Origin: Prasinococcaceae sp. CCMP 1430
Taxonomy: Eukaryota > Plantae > Prasinodermophyta
DNA length: 20,486 nucleotides
Assembly (NCBI GenBank): GCA_013416795.1
Contig: RQSC01001156.1
Span: 2,366-22,851 of the forward strand
Direction of reading: 5' to 3'
Below, in pieces: positions 1-8,162 of this stretch. Made by a program: the position numbers and the translations under genes. The notes beneath the pieces are model-generated. The model was not told the DNA's origin and did no database searches. It saw only the letters and a list, made by a program, of their open reading frames with translations. The first letter of the stretch is position 1; the number at the start of each line of letters is the position of its first letter.

Positions 1-1419
1 CGCGGCAAAGGACGCGCGCGGGGGCGGGGGGCCCGCCGGGTCGGGGTCGCTGGGGTCGGGCGGGGCCGCCGCCGCCGCCGCCGCCAACCAGGGCAGCAGC
101 GGGCAGCAGGAGGCGGCGGCCAGCGGCGGCTTCGACGCGGAGGCCGTGCGGCTCGCCGGGGCGGACGTCTTCATGTACGTCCTCATGCAGGACGCCAACA
201 TGCTGCGCACGTTCCTGGCGGACCAGCCGGGGCACGAGCTCTTCAGCCTGCTGATCGACGAGCTCGCGAGCGCCGAGGACTCGGGCGTGCAGGCGCAGGT
301 GCTCGACGCCATGCGCGTGCTGCTCGACCCCGAGACGATGGACCAGCCGACGGACAAGAACAACTTCCTGGACCTCTTCTACGACCGCTACGTGGGGCCG
401 CTGGTCGACGCCGCCGTGTGGCCCAACGGCGAGGGGGCGGCCGACGGCGACGCGCCCGTGTGCGCCGCGCGCGCGATGATGCTGGGCTCGGTGCTCGACC
501 TGCTGTGCTTCTGCGTGTACGCGCACACCTTCCGCATCAAGTACTACATCCTGCGCAACAACGTGGTGGAGAAGATCCTGCAGCTGCTGCGCCGCCGCGA
601 GGCGCCGCTGGTGCTCGGCGCGCTGCGCTTCCTGCGCACCTGCCTCGGCCGGCGCGACCCCTTCTACTACCGCTACCTCATCAAGAACGACCTCTTCAAC
701 GAGGTCGTCGCCGTGTTCTCGCGCAACGGCAAGCGCTACAACGTGCTCAACTCGGCGGTCATCGAGATGGTCAACTTCATCATAATGAACGGCTGCACGT
801 CGCTCGTGCGCCACCTGGTGGAGCGCCACTGGGACGCGCTGGCGGAGCACGACTACGTGCCCACCTTCAAGGCGCTGCGGCAGAAGTACGAGCAGATCGT
901 CGCCAACGACAACTGCGTCGGCGGTGACAACGCCATGGCCGGCGACGAGGGCGTGGGCGGGCAGCAGCCCCACCAGGCGTACGCGGGCGCCGGCGGGGCG
1001 TTCCTCGGCGACGGCGGCGACGGCGGGCCCGACGGCGTGGGCGCCCGCGGCGGCCCCCCCGGCGGGCTGGTGCCGATGGACGGGGAGAAGGGCCCGCTGA
1101 TGGGCATGCCGGGCCTGCGCGCGATGCAGCCCGTCGTGCGCGAGGCGCGCGCCATGGACCGCAGCGAGGAGGTGTACTTTGGCGAGAGCGGCGGCGACGC
1201 CAACGACGACGGCGGAGGCGGAGGCAGCCCCGCCGCGGACGCGGCGGGCGCCGACGACGGCGACGAGGGCGCCGCCGAGTTCTTGGAGCTCCCCAGCCTG
1301 CGCCCGCTCAACGCCGAGGACGACGAGGGCTTCATCGTCGGCGGCAACGTGCGCCCCCCGACGCCGTCAGGCCCCCCACCGTCTGGCGGCGGCGGCGGCA
1401 GCGGCGCCGCCGCCGCCGC
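1..1419 (+). CDS. PSY2: Protein phosphatase 4 regulatory subunit 3 (PP4R3/SMEK/PSY2-like); partial at both ends
   Basis: The frame is open from base 2 (AAKDARGGG...) until the N gap. It contains family-typical segments FRIKYYILRNNVVEKILQLLRRRE, LGALRFLRTCL, YYRYLIKNDLF and RYNVLNSAVIEMVNFI, followed by an acidic Gly-rich tail (MDRSEEVYF). Confidence 0.9.
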
Positions 1420-2133
1420 NNNNNNNNNNNNNNNNNNNNNNNNNNNNNNNNNNNNNNNNNNNNNNNNNNNNNNNNNNNNNNNNNNNNNNNNNNNNNNNNN
1501 NNNNNNNNNNNNNNNNNNNNNNNNNNNNNNNNNNNNNNNNNNNNNNNNNNNNNNNNNNNNNNNNNNNNNNNNNNNNNNNNNNNNNNNNNNNNNNNNNNNN
1601 NNNNNNNNNNNNNNNNNNNNNNNNNNNNNNNNNNNNNNNNNNNNNNNNNNNNNNNNNNNNNNNNNNNNNNNNNNNNNNNNNNNNNNNNNNNNNNNNNNNN
1701 NNNNNNNNNNNNNNNNNNNNNNNNNNNNNNNNNNNNNNNNNNNNNNNNNNNNNNNNNNNNNNNNNNNNNNNNNNNNNNNNNNNNNNNNNNNNNNNNNNNN
1801 NNNNNNNNNNNNNNNNNNNNNNNNNNNNNNNNNNNNNNNNNNNNNNNNNNNNNNNNNNNNNNNNNNNNNNNNNNNNNNNNNNNNNNNNNNNNNNNNNNNN
1901 NNNNNNNNNNNNNNNNNNNNNNNNNNNNNNNNNNNNNNNNNNNNNNNNNNNNNNNNNNNNNNNNNNNNNNNNNNNNNNNNNNNNNNNNNNNNNNNNNNNN
2001 NNNNNNNNNNNNNNNNNNNNNNNNNNNNNNNNNNNNNNNNNNNNNNNNNNNNNNNNNNNNNNNNNNNNNNNNNNNNNNNNNNNNNNNNNNNNNNNNNNNN
2101 NNNNNNNNNNNNNNNNNNNNNNNNNNNNNNNNN
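1420..2133. other. Assembly gap (714 N)
   Basis: N run. It should hide the PP4R3 3' end and the GT2 5' end. Confidence 1.
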
Positions 2134-2193
2134 CACACACACACACACACACGCACACACACACACACGCAAACACACACACACACACACACA
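2134..2193. repeat. Imperfect (CA)n microsatellite inside a GT2 intron
   Basis: cacacacacacacacacacgcacac... starts at the gap edge and is followed by a pyrimidine-rich tract and a gcgcgcAG acceptor at 2233-2234. Confidence 0.95.
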
Positions 2194-2234
2194 TCGCCGC
2201 GTCCGCGCCTCCCGCTCTCGCTGCTCGCGCGCAG

Positions 2235-2946
2235 GGCGTTCACGTACGGCCGCGTGGTGAACACGCACGACTTCGACGACCCGACCTCCGAGCCCTTCAA
2301 GCTGAGTGACCGCAGCGCGGCCTTCTTCGCCACGGGCAACGTGGCCATCTCGCGCGCGCGGCTGGCGGACGCGTGCGCGCTGCTGCCGGAGCGCCAGCGC
2401 ACGCCGGAGGGGGTGCGCGATGAGCGGACGGGCCAGCTGGAGGCATGCGGCCCCTTCGACGCGGCCTTCTCGTCGTACGGCTGGGAGGACCTCGAGCTGG
2501 GCGAGCGATTGCGCCAGCGCGGCGCGCGCATCGCGCACGCGCCGCGGGCGGTGGGCTTCCATTGGCACCCGGCGCTGAGCGCCGCACAGCTGCCGGCGCT
2601 GCTGGAGACGGAGCGCCAGCGCGGCGCCAACGGCGCGCGCTTCTTCGCGCGCCACCCCAACTGGCGCGTGGCGCTGATGACGCAGCTGACGCCGCTGCAC
2701 GCGTGTGCGTGGGCGGTGCTCACGCTGGGCGGCCTCCTCAACGGCGCCACGCTGCGCCCGCTGGCGTCTGCGCTGTGCGAGGCGAAGCGGCCCGGGCTCG
2801 CGCTGGCGCTGCTGTCGCCCGCTCTCAACATGCGCTGCGTGTGCGCCGCGTTCGCCGAGGCGGCGCGCATGGCGCTGCGCGCGCTGAGAGCGGCCGTCCA
2901 GGGCGGCGAGCGCTCCGCCCGGGGGGGCGCCCCGACGCCCGCGTAA
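2235..2946 (+). CDS. Family 2 glycosyltransferase, cyanobacterial-like; last exon only
   Basis: The exon after AG 2233-34 reads AFTYGRVVNTHDFDDPTSEPFKLSDRSAAFFATGNVAIS...FSSYGWEDLELGERL...AVGFHWHP...RHPNWRVALMTQLT and stops at TAA 2944-46. GWEDLELG is the GT2 acceptor/catalytic motif. Confidence 0.8.
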
Positions 2947-3309
2947 GCAGCCGCGCGATGGGACTTGGGGCGATTGCGTGCACAGGCGGCAGTTCATCCT
3001 CGCCTGCGCTGCGCTCAGTCGGGCGTGCGCTCGCGCGCGTCTACACTAGCGCCGCGACTCTCAATGCGCCCGCGCGCGAGCGGCGGCGGCGGGCTCTCTC
3101 CCCCGGCAGTGAGGTGCGCCGCGGCGAGGCGCTGGTGGCTCGCTCACTCTGCCGAGCGCCGCGCGCACCGGCGGGCGGGCGAGAGTCAGCGGACCCTTCG
3201 GCCGGCGCGGCCGCGCACGACCCATCGGGCGCGGGGCCCGATGCCCCCACTCGCACAGCGCGCGCGCGACAGGCGGGCGAGCGGGCGCGAGCGGGCGCGG
3301 CGCACGCAC

Positions 3310-3713
3310 CGGACCACGTGTCGTTGCTCGGAGGCTTCATGTCAGGACCGTCCTCCGACGGCGCCGCGCTCGTGGGCAGGTACTGCGCGCGCATGGTGAG
3401 GGGATGCAGACAGGACGCGAGCGCGGGGTCGCGGGGCGTCAGTCGCGTGCGCGGCGCGGCGCGGTGCGACGCTGAGCAGGCGCGGCGGGCGGGCGCGCAC
3501 CTCGTCGATGGCGACAAACGCGTACGCCGCGCCGCCCAGGCTCGGGATGACGGCGAGCGTCGGGCCGAGGCCGAGCACGAACGCGAAGAGCGTCCACGCG
3601 ACCACGCCGGTGGCGCCGATGAGGCCGTAGGTAATGGTCGCGCGCTCGTCGGGGGGCACGTCGGCGGTCATCGCGATCAGCGGCTTGAAGTACGCGGGCA
3701 CCTCCTTGGCCAT
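3310..3713 (-). CDS. Small orphan protein with about two TM helices; exons 3713-3501 and 3382-3310, 3' end unresolved
   Basis: ATG 3713 (alternative ATG 3749) gives MAKEVPAYFKPLIAM...TITYGLIGATGVVAWTLFAFVLGLGPTLAVIPSLGGAAYAFVAIDE. A GTGCGC donor at 3500 and gcgcgcAG acceptor at 3384-83 join it in frame to YLPTSAAPSEDGPDMKPPSNDTWS. A second GTGCGT donor follows at 3309. Confidence 0.55.
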
Positions 3714-3749
3714 CGCGCGCGCGGCCGCGCGCCGCGGCGCGGGGCGCAT

Positions 3750-3947
3750 CCGTTTCGCGGCGCGCGCGCGCGAAATGCCCCGCCCGGGCGGAGATTCGCC
3801 GGGCGCGCGCGGGCGGATGAGGCGCGGCCCAAATCCCGGCTGGCGGGCGAATCCCGGCGCGCGCGCCGCTCAAATACGGACCCTATTTAAAACCTCAATA
3901 CAAAACCTCAACATCGATCGGGTCGAACTGCTGTAGTGTACCATCGT
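3750..3947. promoter_or_regulatory. Putative divergent promoter with an AT-rich core and short direct repeats
   Basis: It lies between divergent ATGs (3713/3749 and 3948). It contains a TATA-like TATTTAAAA near 3884, AAAACCTCAA twice (3889-98, 3902-11) and AATCCCGGC twice (3832-40, 3850-58). Confidence 0.4.
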
Positions 3948-4316
3948 ATGAAGGCGGAGGGATCGGCGCACGCTGCCGCCCGACGCAGAGCGCCTCGCCT
4001 GGGCGGCGTGGGCGCGCTCAGGCGGCCTCGAGCGCCTCGGCAGCAGCAGTGCCGACGGCGGCACCGCCACCAACGCGCGCCGCGCGGCGGACGCGCGCCG
4101 CTGGGGCCACGGCGGCAGACAGAGCGCGACTGGCTCGAGACTCTGCGGGACGTCGCTCGCGCTCTCGGGGAGGGGGCAGCCGGCGCCAACGTCGCCGTGC
4201 CACTACTCGTGGACTACTACGGCCGCCGCTTGCCGCGCGAGGAGCGGCGGCTTGCGGCCGCCGGCGGAGCTGGCTCCGCAGCGGCTGGCGCGAGCGGTGA
4301 GTGGTGGCACCCCTGA
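3948..4316 (+). CDS. Hypothetical small protein (122 aa as read; frame uncertain in 3981-4118)
   Basis: ATG 3948 follows the AT-rich element. The C-terminal half looks protein-like (ERDWLETLRDVARAL...VPLLVDYYGRRL...GEWWHP). TGTAA lies 87 nt after the stop. Confidence 0.35.
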   Translation: MKAEGSAHAAARRRAPRLGGVGALRRPRAPRQQQCRRRHRHQRAPRGGRAPLGPRRQTERDWLETLRDVARALGEGAAGANVAVPLLVDYYGRRLPREERRLAAAGGAGSAAAGASGEWWHP

Positions 4317-4479
4317 CTGCGCTCGCTCGCTCGCTCGCTCGCGCGCGCTGCGCAGCCCGCGGGGGTGGGGGTGGGGGGTTGGCGCTGCGGTGGCCTCCAA
4401 CGTGTAACGTGCTGCTGCTGCATGTGTGTATGGGTTACGCTCCGAGCGCCTCTCCACCCCCCCCGCGCGCACACGACGT

Positions 4480-5233
4480 CTAGACGAGCTCGGGCACGTC
4501 GTCGTCGTCGTCCTTGGCGGCATCCTCGAAGTCACCAGCGATCTCCGGCACGTCGTCGTCGTCGCCGCCCGCGGCCGGCGCGCCCGGCATCTTCATGCCC
4601 ATCGCCGCCGCCATCTTCTGCAGGTGGCCGAGGCCCTCGGGGCCCATCTGCGAGATGATGCCCGGCAGCATGTCGGAGATCTTCTTGGTCTGGTTCACGC
4701 CCGACACGACGTAGGTGTTGGCCTGGATGGACGCCTGCACCTTGGGGTTGGAGAAGTGCACGACCTGCAGGGAGAGGCACGGCGATGCGCGGTCGCCCGC
4801 GTCAGCCACCGCGCCAGCAGGGACGGACACGCGAGTGCGCACGCGCACGCAGGCGGGGGCGGCTCCCGCGGACGAAACAGTGACGCGAGGCCGCGAGGAC
4901 AACTACGGGCGAGCACATGCGGTCGGGTCCGGCAGTGGCGCGCGCGCCGTCGCGAGGACGAGGCGCATCGAGCGCATCGGGCAGGGCAGCGCCAACACGG
5001 GCACGTGCGGCTCGCAAGACATCACGCACCTCGTCGCCCTTGAAGATGTTGACCTCCTCGATGCCGGGGATCGCGTTCACGCCGAGGCGCTTGAGCGTGG
5101 ACTGCAGCCGCTTGTCGTCGGTGGCCTGCGCCTTGTGCGCGGCCTTCTTCTTCCTGCGCACGCTGCCCTTGCCACCCGTGCGGACGGAGTCCGACGCGCC
5201 GCCGCGAAGCTTCTTGAGCTTCTCGAGATCCAT
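4480..5233 (-). CDS. BTF3: Nascent polypeptide-associated complex subunit beta (BTF3/EGD1); exons 5233-5030 and 4764-4480, 162 aa
   Basis: The spliced product reads MDLEKLKKL...[14 protein letters not shown]...[30 protein letters not shown]|[22 protein letters not shown]...DDDDVPELV. The phase-0 intron 4765-5029 runs GTGCGT...ctgcAG. Confidence 0.97.
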
Positions 5234-5712
5234 GGCTGCCGAGCAAGCAGGTCACTGCAGACGCAGCGGCGGCCGACCACCGAAGCGCGTCGCGAGCCGA
5301 GAGCGCGGCGGCGCGCGCGAGTCGCGGTCACGGCGAGGCCGAACGGCGCAGCGGTTGCGGAGCCCACGGCGGAACGCGCGCATGTCAGCGGCGCTGCTGC
5401 ACACACGGCACGAGGGCTACGGCGGCGCCTAGGCGGGAGTGTGAGGGTGTGCGCCCCGGCGCGCGCATTGGCTCGGCGAGAGAGCGCAGCGAGCCGACGC
5501 AAAGCAGTGCGGGAGGACCCGCCCAGCTGAGCTAGCTGCGATACTTCGGCGCCGCAGCCCGGCATCGATTCGCGCAGTGCGCCCGTCCGAGAGCTCTGCA
5601 CTCGCAAGGGTGGCCAAGGAGGGCCCGCACGCGCCCGATTGCGCCGCCGCCTGCACAGCGCTGGCGATCGCCGCGTTTTTCCCCTGTGCATTTTCCCGCA
5701 GAATGCGGTAAG

Positions 5713-5746
5713 GCGCGCGCGCGCGCACGCGCGCGCGCGCGCGCGC
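5713..5746. repeat. Near-pure (GC)n alternating tract with Z-DNA potential
   Basis: 34 nt of unbroken purine-pyrimidine alternation: gcgcgcgcgcgcgcacgcgcgcgcgcgcgcgcgc. Confidence 0.9.
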
Positions 5747-6456
5747 CCCACCCCCTCCACGCGCGCGCCGTCGCACGCCATCGCGCGTACGCGCGAGGGA
5801 GGCCACGAAGGCGACGCATCCCGCCAATCGCCACGCGGCGGCGGCCGCCGCGACCGCCGCTGCCGCACTTGGCGTCCGCCTGCCGCTGCCGCGCGCGCAG
5901 CTGCTGCAGCGCGACGCAGTCCCGCGGACACCGAAAAAAAAAGCGGAAAAAAAGTGACCGCCAACCCTCGCCGCGCGCCGCGGCCGCGCGCCGGTCGCCT
6001 CCCTCCGCACCCCCTACCCCTCCCTTAACCCAAACGCGCCCACCCAGGCAAACTCCCCAACCGCGCGCCGCCGCCGATCCACTCCCCTCTCGCCACCAGC
6101 ACCGCCCGCCCGACTCACCCGCGTCCCCGCGCGCCCTGTGGCGAGGCACCGAGCGTGCGCGCCGCCACGCACCTCGCGCTGCGCGCCACGAGTGGCGCGC
6201 GCGCACGCCAGCCGCGCCCACCCTATTTTATCTCCCCACAGCGCGTTTGATGTGCGTGATGATTTCGATCGCGCGGTAGGGTCCACGAACCACCGCCACC
6301 CTTTTTTTTTTTTTTGCCCGCGGACGTTCCGAATGGAAATGAGGTCGCGACCCGACCCTCCGCGAGGGCGGAAAAAGAGGCGAAAACGCGCCGAAAAAAA
6401 AAAGGTTGGGGTTTTCGCCCGGCCGGCCGCCGCCGCCGGCCGCGTCGCGGTCGGTT

Positions 6457-6484
6457 TGACGTGCGCCATTCAATGTGACGTCAC
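6457..6484. promoter_or_regulatory. Paired bZIP-type ACGT elements upstream of SYP61
   Basis: TGACGTG at 6457-63 and the perfect palindrome GTGACGTCAC at 6475-84, about 310-340 nt before the ATG. Confidence 0.3.
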
Positions 6485-6792
6485 GCGCAACGCGAGAGCC
6501 GGCGGAGTAGAACGCCACATCGTTGCGACCGCGGGAACGCGAAAACGCGGATGCATGCGCACGGAATGCCGCGAAATGAACCGCAGGTCAAAACGCAGGG
6601 CGCCCGTTCCCACCCTGTGTGGCGCAATCAAATTTCGAGGTCAAAATGAAGGCGAGTTGGACCCCCCATGCGGATGTGATGGCGCGTCGCGGCAGCCGGG
6701 CGGGCGGGCAGCGCCGGGTTCCCCCTGCGCGCGCGCGCGAACGCGCGGGCTACCGCTCGCCCGCCCGACGCGGACGTGCGCCTCGGCGCGAG

Positions 6793-8041
6793 ATGGGCTC
6801 GCGCCGCGCGGCGGACCCGTTCTACCTCGTGCGCGAGGAGATCGCGTCCGAGGTGCGCGCGGCGCAGGCGTCGTTCGCGCGCCATGCGGCGCTCGCGCGC
6901 GACGCCACCGCGCGCGCCGCTGCTGAGCGGCAGACGCTGGCGCGCGAGCTCGAGACGCAGTGCGCGAGTGCCGAGTGGCAGCTCGAGGTGAGGCGCGCGC
7001 GCAGATGCGCGCGCCCATGCTCTCGCGCGCAGAGGCTCGAGAGTGCGTGCGGCGCGCTCACACGCACGCACGCACACGTGCGCGCGCGCGCGCACGCGCG
7101 CGCGCGCACACTTGTACGCGTGTGCGCACACACCTGTACGCACGCGCATGCGCTGCGCAGGAGCTGGGCAAGACCGTGGACGCCGTGGAGCGCCAGCCGT
7201 CTCGCTTCGGCGTTGACGCGGCGGAGGCGGCGTCGCGGCGGCGATGGGTGCAAGAGCAGCGCATCGCTATCGCGCAGCTGAGGGACGCACTCGCGGACAG
7301 GTGCGCGCGCGCGCATGCTCGGGTTGCCGCTCGCGTACGCGCTCGCACGCCCACGCGCTCTGACGCGCAGAGACCGTCCTTTCCTGACCTCGAAACAGCG
7401 CGAAAGTGACGGTTGAGAGCACGCGCACGCAAGCAGATGCCGCCGCCGGCGGCGGCGCGGCTGGCTACGTGTCCCAGACGGACCGCATCGCAGCGGCGGC
7501 CGCCGAGGAGAACGACGCCTTCATGGGGAGCGAGGTGCGCTCGCGAAGGCGCGCGCGCGCACACACACACACGAGCACGCGCACGCAAGGGCGACCAAGC
7601 ACGCACGCACACGCACACGCGCAGGCACGGGTCGCGGTCGGGCTCTCGCACGCATTGTCGCGTGCTCTTCGCACCCACTCGCCCGCGCGCCTGACCGCTC
7701 GGGATGCTCACGCTCGCGCGCTCTCACGCACACTCGCGCGCGCGCAGACGGACCACCAGCAGCTGCTCATGCGCCAGCAGGACACCGACCTGGAGGCGCT
7801 GAGCGTGTCCGTGCAGCGGCTGGGCGGCGTCGGCAAGACCATCGCCGAGGAGCTCGAAACGCAGGCCACGATGCTCGACGATCTCGACGAGGAGGCCGAC
7901 ACCGTGCTGGGGCGGCTGAACGCCACGCAGCGCCGCCTGCAGCGGCTCGTCAAGAAGGCGGGCATGCGCGGTCAGATCTGCATGGTCGTCTTCCTGCTCA
8001 TCACGCTCTGCGTGCTGGTGGCCTTCACTTTCTACGGCTGA
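6793..8041 (+). CDS. SYP61: Syntaxin-6/Tlg1/SYP61 Qc-SNARE; exons 6793-6987, 7161-7300, 7399-7534, 7748-8041, about 254 aa
   Basis: The N-terminal domain reads DPFYLVREEI...SAEWQLE|ELGKTVDAVERQPSRFGVDAAEAASRRRWV. The SNARE helix is QQLLMRQQDTDLEALSVSVQRLGGVGKTIAEELETQATMLDDL and the C-terminal TM is ICMVVFLLITLCVLVAFTF. The intron-2 acceptor at 7397-98 (after CTGAC) is the nearby AG that keeps the frame. Confidence 0.93.
7059..7111. repeat. Intronic alternating purine-pyrimidine tract containing a 20-bp palindrome
   Basis: 53 nt of unbroken alternation. CGTGCGCGCGCGCGCGCACG at 7077-7096 is its own reverse complement. Confidence 0.9.
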
Positions 8042-8162
8042 GGCGCACACGCGCACGCATCCCAGACGCAGCGCCGATGTACCATATACAGATTTCCTAG
8101 CATTACAAGCCAGTCTCGAGGGCGAGCACGCACGCCGCGCGCGCGGCGTGACTCACTTGCCC

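Noticed and set aside
5523-5534. TAGCTCAGCTGG on the minus strand, a perfect tRNA A-box
   Set aside because: There is no B-box (GTTCRA) downstream and no cloverleaf could be folded.
6256-6262. GTGATGA, a snoRNA C-box motif
   Set aside because: There is no CTGA D-box or terminal stem within about 140 nt downstream.
7059-7130. Palindromic or repeated units as a CRISPR array or transposon ends
   Set aside because: There is no regular repeat-spacer period, no cas or transposase ORF, and the tract is eukaryotic intronic low-complexity sequence.
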